64,000 bases of DNA from Clostridia bacterium (GTDB taxonomy: Bacteria > Bacillota > Clostridia > Oscillospirales > CAG-272), in contig JAFQPM010000016.1 in NCBI GenBank assembly GCA_017411745.1, positions 19,120 to 83,119 of the forward strand. Reading direction: 5' to 3'. The notes under the pieces were generated by a model, which saw only the letters and a list, made by a program, of their open reading frames with translations, was not told the DNA's origin and ran no database searches. A program made the position numbers and the translations under genes. The stretch's first letter is position 1; each line of letters starts with the position of its first letter. Positions 8,710 through 18,673 of the stretch are shown here, one piece after another.

Positions 8710-10344
8710 ATGAAATTTTTACGATTATTTTTTGCTATTTGTTTTGCCGTTCTGCTCGTGTGCATGATCTCCTCTTGCGATACGGAGTGCAAGCACGAAA
8801 ATATGCAGGCAATAACGACTGACCCCACCTGCACCGAAAACGGTAAAACTGTGCACTCCTGCCATGACTGCACATATTATTACGTTTCTGATATCATCAA
8901 TCCGACCGGGCACTCATATACGGCAAACACAGTCAAGCCCGACTGTGAAAATCAGGGATACACCGAATACACCTGCTCTTGCGGTTTTTCCTACGTATCG
9001 GATATTACGGATGCGCTCGGACACGATCTCGTTTTATCGAATACGGTTAGCTCTAACTGCGAGAGTCAAGGATACAGTAAATACGAATGCTCTCGCTGTG
9101 ATTTCACATACGATACGGATTACGTAGCGGCCCGCGGACACTCGTTTTCAATCGAGACTGTTTCCCCTACTTGTACTGCCGAGGGCTATACGGTATATTC
9201 GTGCAAAAAATGCGAATACAGCTACAGATCCGACAGTGTAGCTCCTCTTGAGCATTCATTTTCGACCGAAATCATCTCACCCACGTGCACCGCAGAGGGC
9301 TATACCGTATATTCGTGTGAAAATTGTGAATATGGCTACGTATCGGACCACGTAGCACCGAAAGGACATGAATATGCCGTGTCTTCGTCAGCGCAACCTA
9401 CCTGCACCGAAGAAGGCTATACCACCTATACCTGCACGTGCGGGGATTCCTACACCTTCATCACCTCCCCGCTTGGTCATAATTTCTCTTTGACGACTGT
9501 CTCTCCGACAGTTTCCGAAATGGGATACACCGAGTATTACTGTGAAGGCTGCAAATATTCATATATAGGTAACTACGTCTTTTACAGCGATATTCTTGAT
9601 AACGCATATGCGGGAACAGATACCGTAGTTGCTAAAGGCATTGACATATCAAAGTGGAATCATACCGTAAATCCCGATGGTACTTATGCACCTATTGATT
9701 GGACTGCTCTCAAAGACGCGGGCTTCGATTACGTTATTTTGAAGATCGGAAGCTCAAACAGTGGTCTGGAGCCAACCTTTGAAATGGACTACGAGGGCGC
9801 AAAAGCCGCGGGGCTTGACGTCGGCGTCTATTTCTTTACATACTCTACCAACGTAACAGAAATAAAAAAAGATGCCGAACTGCTTATAGATTGGCTCTAC
9901 GGTAAGCAATTTGAGTACCCCATCTATCTTGATCTTGAGGATGCACCGAATTCAGGCTACTACCCAAGCGAGATCGCCGCGCCGATCCTCACTGAAATGT
10001 GTCTTACCTTTTTCTCCGAATTACAAAAGGAAGGATACTACACAGGACTCTACGTTAACAACAACTTTTTGTTCAACATACTTCAGACCGATAATATGAT
10101 CGAGCTTTTCGAGATCTGGTACGCGCGTTATCCGAGTATGTCCGACTACGTTTGGAGCGTTGAGGATAACGAAACGTTCGTATGGAACACAGATAAATAC
10201 GGAGAGACCCTCGGAATGTGGCAATATTGCTGTACAGGTATTTTCGATTCGATATCGGGAGATCTTGATTTCAATTATTCATATAAAGACTACCCCGCTA
10301 TCATAAAATATTACGGTTTTAACGGTTTTTCCGGCGAAAGCTAA
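8710..10344 (+). CDS. Lipoprotein: seven Cys/His-rich repeats fused to a GH25 muramidase (lysozyme) domain
   Basis: Signal peptide with lipobox-like MISSC (Cys23). The C-terminal domain (KGIDISKWNH...FDYVILKIG...YFFTYS...YLDLED) matches the GH25 layout. The gene starts 21 nt after rsmA. Confidence 0.85.
   Translation: MKFLRLFFAICFAVLLVCMISSCDTECKHENMQAITTDPTCTENGKTVHSCHDCTYYYVSDIINPTGHSYTANTVKPDCENQGYTEYTCSCGFSYVSDITDALGHDLVLSNTVSSNCESQGYSKYECSRCDFTYDTDYVAARGHSFSIETVSPTCTAEGYTVYSCKKCEYSYRSDSVAPLEHSFSTEIISPTCTAEGYTVYSCENCEYGYVSDHVAPKGHEYAVSSSAQPTCTEEGYTTYTCTCGDSYTFITSPLGHNFSLTTVSPTVSEMGYTEYYCEGCKYSYIGNYVFYSDILDNAYAGTDTVVAKGIDISKWNHTVNPDGTYAPIDWTALKDAGFDYVILKIGSSNSGLEPTFEMDYEGAKAAGLDVGVYFFTYSTNVTEIKKDAELLIDWLYGKQFEYPIYLDLEDAPNSGYYPSEIAAPILTEMCLTFFSELQKEGYYTGLYVNNNFLFNILQTDNMIELFEIWYARYPSMSDYVWSVEDNETFVWNTDKYGETLGMWQYCCTGIFDSISGDLDFNYSYKDYPAIIKYYGFNGFSGES
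8788..9588 (+). repeat. Seven tandem 37-39-aa modules: H-x10-C-x3-GY-x3-(Y/S)-C-x1-2-C-x3-Y
   Basis: Repeat-initial His residues fall at aa 68, 105, 144, 182, 220 and 257. Each module has 1 His and 3 Cys, except the last, which has lost its first Cys. Modules 4 and 5 (9139-9366) are also recognisably similar at the DNA level. Confidence 0.85.
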
Positions 10345-10372
10345 CAGTATATAAAAAAGAAAGGACACCATT

Positions 10373-13300
10373 ATGAAAAGATATGTCATCACAATTTTGT
10401 CGTTGATGCTTTCAAGTGCTATGCTTGTCGGTATTTTCGCTTCCTGCACAGGTGGCGGAAAAGGCAACGAAGAAACTACCACAGCAAGCGGTGAAACCTC
10501 AGGCGAGACGACCGGAGAGACCACCAAGGGTTCAGAGGATACAACCGAAGAAACCACGGAAGGCGGGACCGAGATTGAGATCAATCTTGAGGGCGACTAT
10601 GCCGATTCCATTAAGCACGCCAACAAGCTTGCGAACGGTGTAAAGACCTACTATAACGCTAATCGCACTCAGTATACCGTTGAGAATCTTAATATGACTC
10701 TCAGCTTCCCTCTTGTAGGCGATTCGAAAACTCTTACGTATTTGACTAACAAAAACGGCGGCGTTTATCTTCAGAATACGATGGATGCATTCGTTGAAAT
10801 GGCAGACGGAAGCGTTTATTATTCGTCGGGATCTTATGCTCCTGCGAGAGCCAACGTATACAGACTTGGCTATTACTACTATGACGTACACTTCTTGGGT
10901 CAGGACTTTCTGAACGACTACGGTGTTACCGAGTCTAATGATTTGGATATAAAAATTTTCAACAATAAGCACAGTGCAAGTGTATCCAGCGCGAAGACGA
11001 GAAAAGGCGACGGTGGGTATTATCTTGAAGTAAAGATAAAGGACGCAACCGATCCCTACATTCATTCCGGCAAGGATGCCTATTCCTATTCCGCGGATAA
11101 ATACAACGCATTGATCCTTTCAATTAAATCGGATAGCACATCCTCTGCACGAATTCGTTACGTAGCAGGACGATATACAGACTTTAACAACGATCAGGTA
11201 ATCGGATTTTCTCTCAACAACGACGGAGAATACCATGAATACGTCATTCTTCTTGATGACGGAGTTGATTATACGGGCAATTTAAAGGGCTTGCGTATAG
11301 ATTTCGCCGATGGAAGTGCCGACGAGGTAATTCACATTAAAGATATGAAGCTTGTCAACCTCGAGTCAAGCGCTCCCAACATTGTTCTTGACAGAACCTT
11401 CCACACCTATTCCGATAAGCTCCATCAGGCGCTTCATTTCGTTGCAAAGAAGACCACAAGCGGCATTGCTTCGGTCGGTCTTATCACCGAGATCGCGGCT
11501 GATACCGTTGATAAGCTCGTTGTAAAAGATGCAAAGGGACTTCACGAAACCCTTGACGGTGTTGATTGGGCAACTGCTGAATATATTGGATTTGATATAA
11601 AGACCGTAGGTATTTTCGGTTACGTGCTTCCCATCCATGAAAATTCCGGCAAACTGACCGTAGAGCTTAAGGATGGCAAATACGTGATCAAGCAGACCTC
11701 GTCGCTCGCGTCTCAGAACGGAACCATTCAGGCTCCCAACAAGAGCACCGATAACGACTATTTTATGGGTCAGAGAATTTATACCGACGCTTCTCACGAC
11801 TTCACCGCATTCTTGAAGGAAGCAGAGTGGGAGAGACATCCTATAACAACCGTTACAAGTGACGGCTACGTAAAATACGATGCTATTCGTGGCGACTATC
11901 TTTTCACTATCGACGGCACTGATTTTAATCCTCCCTTCTTTACGCAGTGGAACTATCATTTCAGCGTCAGCGCCTCCTTCACAAGCGACGTAGACAGACC
12001 TGTCTATATTCGCACCAAGACCTCCTCGGGCTGTCTTGAAAATGCGGCGCTTCTCAGCGATAAGGATATGGTTCTCCCCGTTCTTGTCGAGGTCTCAAAG
12101 AACTTTGTCGGCGAGCATGAAGAGCCCCTTTTCGACGCAGGTGACGCGCAGTACGGAGAAACCATCTTCCCGATGGTCGTTACAAAAGACAAGGCGCTTG
12201 AGTTCACAGTCCTCAACTTCTATCAGAACTGGGGTAACTTCCCTCTCAAGCAGCTCTCGTCCATTCAGTATTTCTGGCCCTATTATCACCTTTCCGTAGG
12301 AACTACCGAGACCAGCTGTATCTCTCCCTGGTACGGAGCAAGGGATCTCTGGACTCTTCCCGACTTCCGTTCGATCTCCATGCCTTACTGGTTCGAGCTG
12401 GAGGGTGAAGCATACAGTAATCAGCCTCAGCACACTCACGGCGGATATCAGTATTTCCTCCAATACACAGATTCGAACGGAAACTATTCCGCAACAGAAA
12501 ACATAAACAATACCATTGGCTCATCAGGCCCCGTTTATTCCGAGGTCGGAATGGACTACATATCCGACGACGGTCGCATCAAGGTTACTTACACTCACCT
12601 TGAATTGCCCCAGACCGACGAGCTTCGCGCTTACTACGTGATCAACTATGAGGTTCTCGAGGACATCACTATCTCCGATTTCAGCAAGGACTTCTCCTTC
12701 TACTCCTTTGAAGGTTACGCGGGCCACTATCGCAAGATGGGATATCTTGACGCTAACAATCAGATAGTACATAAGGACACCAACGGATCTTCAACCGCAG
12801 AAAAGATCGTGCTTGGCGATGATCATCCTTACGTTGCACTCTACGATCTTGATGCATCGGGTACAAGTATGGAAAAGAACAACGTAAACCTCGGTTTCGT
12901 TATTTATGACTCCAATTTTGTCATCGGCGGTGAGAAATACAACGGCAACTTAGTAGTGACGGGCAGTAACTATCTTTACAGCCTCTCACTTGACCTCGGA
13001 GAGACCACTCTTAAAGCAGGCGACACGATGTCGATCGCTATGGTGATATCTCCTTGGGGCTGGTACAACTCAACCGACGACTCCAATATGCAGAAGATCC
13101 GCGAGAACACCTGCCTCGATCCTATCACCGTTATCGTAAATGATGGAGAAAAGATCGAAAGCACCTACCTCCCCCGAGTTCTTTCCTCTAACGGCACAAG
13201 CGCAGAATTTACCGTTTCGGGAGGCACTAACAACCAAGCAGTACGTGTTTACGGCTTCAACAAGCTGACCGTTCCGAAGATCTACGAGCTTGTGGACGGC

Positions 13301-14707
13301 GAATGGCAGGAATACGTCGTAAGCTCCGCTAACTCCCCCGACAAGAACGGTTACGCTAATTATTACGACGGTTACTATGCTTATTACGATGGCAACGGCA
13401 CTTATTCCTACGCGTTTGCCTTCAATATGGACAACGTAGAGAGCAGAACCTTCAAGATCGTTGCAGACGAGGACTTCAAGGGCTGGCCCGAAAAGCAGGA
13501 TCCTACTGTTACAGAAAAATTTGACCACGTTTATATTCCCGCCGATGATCTTTATCTGAAAACGGCTGGTACCGGTCACGGATTTGGAGATATAATTCTT
13601 CAGGAAGAAGACTGCAACTACGTAAGATATTATGCAATCGGCGTTGAAGGTTACACCGAAGCGTACACCACCGTTTATAATAACACGGATAATGATATAA
13701 CTGGTCAGTATATCTTCGTAAAATACCGTATTCCCTCTACTAACACCGAAAAGATGGAGTTCCAGTTCTTCACGAGCACCTCTAAAACGGGTGCCGACGG
13801 TGTAGGTGACAATTTGTATGCATACACCTTGGAGAACGATGATGAATGGCATCTTCTGATAGTAGACGTTGCAGCGGCTAACCTTGCATTCTTCAAGCCC
13901 GACGGTAACGGCGAATATTCCGCAAAGTATCTGAGATTTGATATGTTCAATACTGCCGCTTCTGCTGAAAGCTATGTAGACGTTGCATATATCGGCATAG
14001 CGGACAGCATTGAGGATATATGTAAGCTTGAGTGCTCCATGAAGGATGAAAGCAATTACGTTTCCAAGGCTGACCTCAGTCAGAACAGAAGACTGGCTGC
14101 CTCCTATAATGTGGAAACAGGTACAGTCATCGAAGGCAGCGTTGAGGATGATTTCAACGCTGAATATATCAAGGCAGAATCGGGAAAAGTAATTTGTGAA
14201 GCTCCCTACTTGTCAAGAATTGATTTTATCAACGGTAAGGGCGACGGAGACGGATTCTTCGATAACAGGGGCGGCTCGAGCAACCTCACGGGATATATCG
14301 ACGTTATGGATCTGAAGAATTTTGATCTCGGCGCTCAGTATATCGTTCTTTCGGGATGGACTATGGTATATGGCGGTTGGAATGGAATGGTTTATTCTAC
14401 TGATGGCGGTCTTACCTGGCAGGAAACCACGCTTTATAACATGGATGCTTTTGGCGAAGCGAGTGATGCAATGATAGCCGCAACCGAAGGTGCAACAGGT
14501 CATGGTGGATTCGCAGCATACAAAGAAAGCTGCAAATTCCAAGGAGGAGAGACCACTCTCGATCAGGCAATCGGAATTAAAGCCGATCTTTCGGCTTACG
14601 CGGGACAGACCGTAAATATCACCTTTGCGGCAGTTTCCGCAGAAAACAATAACGAGCTTTGCCTTATAATGCATTTCAAAAACGTTACCGTTCCCTCCGC
14701 GGAATAA
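10373..14707 (+). CDS. Very large (1444 aa) secreted lipoprotein of unknown function
   Basis: Signal peptide plus lipobox GIFASC, then a Thr/Glu/Gly-rich linker (about 10450-10565). After that comes a non-repetitive, beta-rich, aromatic-rich sequence. It starts 28 nt after the GH25 gene and is followed by a strong terminator. Confidence 0.8.
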   Translation: MKRYVITILSLMLSSAMLVGIFASCTGGGKGNEETTTASGETSGETTGETTKGSEDTTEETTEGGTEIEINLEGDYADSIKHANKLANGVKTYYNANRTQYTVENLNMTLSFPLVGDSKTLTYLTNKNGGVYLQNTMDAFVEMADGSVYYSSGSYAPARANVYRLGYYYYDVHFLGQDFLNDYGVTESNDLDIKIFNNKHSASVSSAKTRKGDGGYYLEVKIKDATDPYIHSGKDAYSYSADKYNALILSIKSDSTSSARIRYVAGRYTDFNNDQVIGFSLNNDGEYHEYVILLDDGVDYTGNLKGLRIDFADGSADEVIHIKDMKLVNLESSAPNIVLDRTFHTYSDKLHQALHFVAKKTTSGIASVGLITEIAADTVDKLVVKDAKGLHETLDGVDWATAEYIGFDIKTVGIFGYVLPIHENSGKLTVELKDGKYVIKQTSSLASQNGTIQAPNKSTDNDYFMGQRIYTDASHDFTAFLKEAEWERHPITTVTSDGYVKYDAIRGDYLFTIDGTDFNPPFFTQWNYHFSVSASFTSDVDRPVYIRTKTSSGCLENAALLSDKDMVLPVLVEVSKNFVGEHEEPLFDAGDAQYGETIFPMVVTKDKALEFTVLNFYQNWGNFPLKQLSSIQYFWPYYHLSVGTTETSCISPWYGARDLWTLPDFRSISMPYWFELEGEAYSNQPQHTHGGYQYFLQYTDSNGNYSATENINNTIGSSGPVYSEVGMDYISDDGRIKVTYTHLELPQTDELRAYYVINYEVLEDITISDFSKDFSFYSFEGYAGHYRKMGYLDANNQIVHKDTNGSSTAEKIVLGDDHPYVALYDLDASGTSMEKNNVNLGFVIYDSNFVIGGEKYNGNLVVTGSNYLYSLSLDLGETTLKAGDTMSIAMVISPWGWYNSTDDSNMQKIRENTCLDPITVIVNDGEKIESTYLPRVLSSNGTSAEFTVSGGTNNQAVRVYGFNKLTVPKIYELVDGEWQEYVVSSANSPDKNGYANYYDGYYAYYDGNGTYSYAFAFNMDNVESRTFKIVADEDFKGWPEKQDPTVTEKFDHVYIPADDLYLKTAGTGHGFGDIILQEEDCNYVRYYAIGVEGYTEAYTTVYNNTDNDITGQYIFVKYRIPSTNTEKMEFQFFTSTSKTGADGVGDNLYAYTLENDDEWHLLIVDVAAANLAFFKPDGNGEYSAKYLRFDMFNTAASAESYVDVAYIGIADSIEDICKLECSMKDESNYVSKADLSQNRRLAASYNVETGTVIEGSVEDDFNAEYIKAESGKVICEAPYLSRIDFINGKGDGDGFFDNRGGSSNLTGYIDVMDLKNFDLGAQYIVLSGWTMVYGGWNGMVYSTDGGLTWQETTLYNMDAFGEASDAMIAATEGATGHGGFAAYKESCKFQGGETTLDQAIGIKADLSAYAGQTVNITFAAVSAENNNELCLIMHFKNVTVPSAE

Positions 14708-14721
14708 CACGTTATAATTTT

Positions 14722-14755
14722 AAAGGCTTCCGCAGTTTTGCGGAAGCCTTTTTGA
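14722..14755 (+). terminator. Intrinsic terminator after the 1444-aa lipoprotein gene
   Basis: aaaggcttccgca (14722-14734), loop gttt, tgcggaagccttt (14739-14751), then ttt. Confidence 0.9.
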
Positions 14756-14772
14756 TGTTTATTTGTAAAATG

Positions 14773-14807
14773 AAAGGGTAGCTTTTGGGCTACCCTTTGT
14801 TTTTTTA
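14773..14807. terminator. Second hairpin in the convergent gap (typA terminator / back-up plus-strand terminator)
   Basis: aagggtagc (14774-14782) / gctaccctt (14789-14797), with an A-rich left flank and a tgttttttt right flank. Confidence 0.65.
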
Positions 14808-16649
14808 TCAGTTATTCTCCGCTGCTCTGCGGGCTTTCATCATTTCCTTCATACGAGTGCTCGTATCAAGGATCTTTTTGCGAAGTCTTATAGACTTGGG
14901 AGTTACCTCGATAAGCTCGTCGTCCTGAATGAACTCGATCGCCTCCTCAAGCGAGAAGATCTTGGGGGGAGTAAGCAGGAGCTTTTCGTCCGCGCCCGAG
15001 CTGCGAATAGCGGTAAGATGCTTTTCCTTGCAGGGATTGACCGCAATATCGTCGTTCTTGGGGTTTTCACCTACGATCATACCCTCGTAAACAGGGGTCT
15101 GAGGGCCAACGAAGAGCTGACCGCGCTCCTGAGTATTGAAAAGACCGTATCTCGTGGTAACGCCTGCCTCGGAGGCAATAAGCGCACCAGTAAATCTCAT
15201 AATGATACCGCCGCGGTGAGGCTGATATCCGTCAAAGAGCGTATTGAGAACGCCCTCGCCGCGAGTTGCCGACAAAAATTCGGAACGGTAGCCGAAAAGA
15301 CATCTCGAAGGAATACTGTACTCTATTCTCATACGGCTTCCAACGGGGTTCATCTCGATAAGGTCACCCTTTCTCTGTCCGAGCTTTTCAATGACCGCGC
15401 CAACGTAATCGGTGGGCACGTCAAGCGTTACGCGCTCCATAGGCTCGCAGGTCACGCCGTCGATATCCTTTAAGATAACCTTGGGGTTCGAGCAGGTCAG
15501 CTCGTAGCCCTCACGGCGCATATTTTCGATGAGGATGGAAAGGTGCATTTCTCCTCTGCCCGACACGATAAATTCGTCGGTAGTGTCACCGTCACGGACA
15601 CGGAGAGAGACGTCACGCAGAAGCTCTCTGTATAGTCTTTCGCGTAGCTGACGGGAGGTAACAAACTTACCCTCCTTGCCTGCCAAGGGGCTTGTGTTGA
15701 CCGAGAAGGTCATCTCTACGGTAGGCTCGCTTACCTTAACGAATTCAAGCGGCTCGGGGTTATTCGTGGATGTAAGAGTATCTCCGATCGAAATGTCACC
15801 AGCTCCCGAGAAGCAGATTATATCGCCCATTTTCGCGCTTTCAACCTGAACGCGATTGAGTCCGTCTATCTGGAAAAGCGCAACGACCTTGGTCTTTCTC
15901 GGCTTTTCATCGGGCTTGTGATAGTTGCAGACGAGTATTTCCTGATTTACCTTGATAGAGCCGCGCTCGATTCGACCGATACCGATACGTCCTACGTATT
16001 CGTTGTAGTCGATAGAGGATACGAGGACCTGAAGATCTCCGTCAGGCTCGCCCTCGGGTGCGGGAATATAGTCGAGAATAGTGTCGAACAGAGGCTTGAG
16101 GTCCGTTCCCTCCTCAAGCGGATCAAAGCTTGCCGTGCCCGAGCGACCCGAGCAATAAAGCATCGGAGAATCAAGCTGCTCGTCGCTTGCGCCAAGGTCG
16201 ATAAGAAGCTCAAGGATCTCGTCCTCGACCTCGCCAAGACGCGCATCGGGCTTGTCTATCTTGTTTATACAAACGATTACTCTGTGATCAAGCTCAAGCG
16301 CGCGCTTAAGCACGAATCTCGTCTGAGGCATAGGACCCTCAGCCGCATCAACGAGAAGTATAACGCCGTTTACCATTTTCAGTACGCGCTCTACCTCGCC
16401 GCCGAAGTCCGCGTGTCCGGGGGTGTCAACGATATTGATCTTGACGTCCTTATAATGCACCGCGGTGTTTTTGGCAAGTATGGTAATGCCTCTTTCCTTT
16501 TCGATATCGTCCGAGTCCATAACTCTAGTTACGGTCTCCTGATTATCTCTGTAAATGCCGCCCTGCTTGAGCAGACCGTCCACAAGCGTTGTTTTTCCGT
16601 GGTCAACGTGCGCGATTATTGCTACGTTTCTTAAATCTTCTCTTACCAT
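14808..16649 (-). CDS. typA: Translational GTPase TypA/BipA
   Basis: [29 protein letters not shown] and NKIDK G-motifs. Length (613 aa) and the C-terminal domain are typical of BipA. Confidence 0.97.
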   Translation of the reverse strand: MVREDLRNVAIIAHVDHGKTTLVDGLLKQGGIYRDNQETVTRVMDSDDIEKERGITILAKNTAVHYKDVKINIVDTPGHADFGGEVERVLKMVNGVILLVDAAEGPMPQTRFVLKRALELDHRVIVCINKIDKPDARLGEVEDEILELLIDLGASDEQLDSPMLYCSGRSGTASFDPLEEGTDLKPLFDTILDYIPAPEGEPDGDLQVLVSSIDYNEYVGRIGIGRIERGSIKVNQEILVCNYHKPDEKPRKTKVVALFQIDGLNRVQVESAKMGDIICFSGAGDISIGDTLTSTNNPEPLEFVKVSEPTVEMTFSVNTSPLAGKEGKFVTSRQLRERLYRELLRDVSLRVRDGDTTDEFIVSGRGEMHLSILIENMRREGYELTCSNPKVILKDIDGVTCEPMERVTLDVPTDYVGAVIEKLGQRKGDLIEMNPVGSRMRIEYSIPSRCLFGYRSEFLSATRGEGVLNTLFDGYQPHRGGIIMRFTGALIASEAGVTTRYGLFNTQERGQLFVGPQTPVYEGMIVGENPKNDDIAVNPCKEKHLTAIRSSGADEKLLLTPPKIFSLEEAIEFIQDDELIEVTPKSIRLRKKILDTSTRMKEMMKARRAAENN

Positions 16650-16838
16650 ACTTACTCCTTATATTTAAACTAAAATTTATACAGTTTTCTTCCAACTATA
16701 TATTTTAACATATTTGTACAAAAAAATAAATTGAAAGATATCACGATATTTATGATTTTTTCATTCCGATTTTGTGCAATATGACACAATTTATCACCAA
16801 AAACCTAACATTTCGAGGCTTAAATATGTCTTTCTCCG

Positions 16839-16867
16839 TTGACATTTGTTTTGCTCCGTGTTATAAT
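16839..16867 (+). promoter_or_regulatory. Consensus sigma-A promoter upstream of the DUF4091 gene
   Basis: TTGACA (16839-16844), 17-nt spacer ending in TGt (extended -10), TATAAT (16862-16867). Confidence 0.6.
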
Positions 16868-16950
16868 TACCATAACGGAACCTACCACCGCAAATTTTTA
16901 CAAATACAGTTAAAACAACCGATTTTCATGTATCAAAATACGGAGGAATT

Positions 16951-18612
16951 ATGCTTAAGACAAAAATCATGTCTTCTCTTGAAAATTGCTTTCTTGATAA
17001 CAAAATAGATGATTTTAAATCCCTCACCAAGCTGACCGCGTTAAAAAACGAGCGCTTCTCGTTTCAGCTTCTCTGCTCTCTCGAGAACACCGACCCCGGC
17101 AGAGTCCTTTACGACGTTAAGCTTGACGGCGACTTGTCCAAATACGCGACCTTGCGCGAGGTAATAAGCCTTCCAGCCTCCATGCCCGTTGTACCCGGTG
17201 CTCCCGTTGATAACTATCTGCGCTCTACCCCCGGGCTTTATCCCGACCTGCTCATACCCCTGCGCTATCACGGCAGAGTCAGCGTGGTCAGAGGCAGTCT
17301 TTGCGCGATCTGGATCGAGGTCGATCTTTCGGAGGTGACCGATACGATATCGGCAGGCGAACGCGAGCTTTCGGTCACTCTTATAAACGGCGATTCCGTC
17401 GCGGCTCGTGAAGCCCTTACCGTTGAGATCATCGATGCCGAGCTTCCCCCTCAGACATTGAAGTTTACACAGTGGTTCTATTGCGACTGTCTTGCGAACT
17501 ATTACAACTGCGAGGTCTGGTCGGAGCGTCACTGGGAGATAGTCGAGAGCTTTGCACGAACCGCCCGCAAAAACGGAATCAATATGCTTCTAACTCCCGT
17601 TTTCACCCCCTCGCTTGACACGTATATCGGTGGAGAAAGACTCACCACACAGCTTGTTGGAGTGACTAAGAACGAAAATGAATATTCATTCGATTATTCA
17701 CTTTTGGATCGCTGGATAGATATGTGTGACCGCGTTGGCATTGAGTACCTTGAGATCGCGCATTTCTTTACGCAATGGGGCGCGCAGCACGCTCCCAAGG
17801 TTATGGCAACCGTCGACGGCGAGTATAAGCAGATATTTGGCTGGGAGACAGATGCAGTTTCGAATGAATATACAGAATTTTTGAGACAATTTATCGTCTC
17901 CTTCCTCGACCACATGAAGACAAGAGGCGACGACAAGCGTTGCTTCTTCCACATCTCCGACGAGCCAAGTCAGGAGCAGCTCCCCTTTTACAAGGCGGCA
18001 AAGGATTCGATCTCGGATCTGCTAGAGGGCTACGTTATTATGGACGCGCTCTCCAACTACGAGTTTTACAGCCAGGGCGTAGTTGATACTCCAATCCCTG
18101 GAACAGACCACACGACTCCCTTTATTGAAAATAAGGTTGAGGGGCTTTGGACATATTATTGCAGCAGCCAGTGGAGAGACGTTTCCAACAGATTTTTGGC
18201 GATGCCCTCCTACCGTAACCGCTCTATCGGTATGCAGATGTACAAATATGACATCATAGGATTTTTGCATTGGGGATATAACTTCTATAACACTCAATAC
18301 TCCTACGATCCGATAAATCCCTATCTTGACACCTGCGGCGACGGTTGGGTGCCTGCGGGAGATACCTTCTCGGTCTATCCCGCAAGTAACGGCACTGCAC
18401 TTGAATCCTTGCGTATCTTAGTCTTCAACGACGCTCTGCAGGATATGAGAGCTATGCAGCTTGCAGAATCCTTGTGCGGCAAGGAAAAGGTGGTTGAGAC
18501 CATCGAGGCGGCATTTGGCAAGGAAATTGCCTTCAAGGTCTGCGCCCGATCTGCTGATGAAATTCTTGCGGTCAGAGAGGCGGTTAATGAGTTAATAAAA
18601 AACAATATTTAA
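16951..18612 (+). CDS. DUF4091-type (GH123-like) glycoside-hydrolase-domain protein, tentative
   Basis: 553-aa cytoplasmic-looking protein with no signal peptide. The N-terminal beta domain plus a TIM-like core (NGINMLLTPVFTPSLD, FFHISDEP, HWGYNFYN) resembles DUF4091 proteins. The family call is from memory only. Confidence 0.6.
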   Translation: MLKTKIMSSLENCFLDNKIDDFKSLTKLTALKNERFSFQLLCSLENTDPGRVLYDVKLDGDLSKYATLREVISLPASMPVVPGAPVDNYLRSTPGLYPDLLIPLRYHGRVSVVRGSLCAIWIEVDLSEVTDTISAGERELSVTLINGDSVAAREALTVEIIDAELPPQTLKFTQWFYCDCLANYYNCEVWSERHWEIVESFARTARKNGINMLLTPVFTPSLDTYIGGERLTTQLVGVTKNENEYSFDYSLLDRWIDMCDRVGIEYLEIAHFFTQWGAQHAPKVMATVDGEYKQIFGWETDAVSNEYTEFLRQFIVSFLDHMKTRGDDKRCFFHISDEPSQEQLPFYKAAKDSISDLLEGYVIMDALSNYEFYSQGVVDTPIPGTDHTTPFIENKVEGLWTYYCSSQWRDVSNRFLAMPSYRNRSIGMQMYKYDIIGFLHWGYNFYNTQYSYDPINPYLDTCGDGWVPAGDTFSVYPASNGTALESLRILVFNDALQDMRAMQLAESLCGKEKVVETIEAAFGKEIAFKVCARSADEILAVREAVNELIKNNI

Positions 18613-18629
18613 CGACATATTGATAACTA

Positions 18630-18671
18630 AAAACATCGGGAGCGATCCGCTATGGTTGCTCCCGATGTTTT
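18630..18671. terminator. Bidirectional terminator between the convergent DUF4091 and sigma-factor genes
   Basis: aaaacatcgggagc (18630-18643) / gctcccgatgtttt (18658-18671). Confidence 0.85.
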
Positions 18672-18673
18672 GG

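Noticed and set aside
10279-10643. Short overlapping ORFs (10279-10584 on the minus strand, 10416-10643 on the plus strand) with proline/valine/serine-rich repeats.
   Set aside because: They are artefacts of reading the Thr/Glu/Gly-rich linker-coding DNA of the lipoprotein gene in other frames.
14396-14422. Asp-box/BNR-like motif STDGGLTW in the 1444-aa lipoprotein, which might suggest a sialidase or BNR-repeat protein.
   Set aside because: Only a single copy is present, whereas BNR/sialidase propellers carry several spaced copies. One match is not enough to assign the family.
16772-17008. 78-aa ORF in the typA/DUF4091 intergenic region.
   Set aside because: It spans the predicted promoter and 5' UTR of the DUF4091 gene and overlaps that gene's start. 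It has no RBS and an implausible composition.
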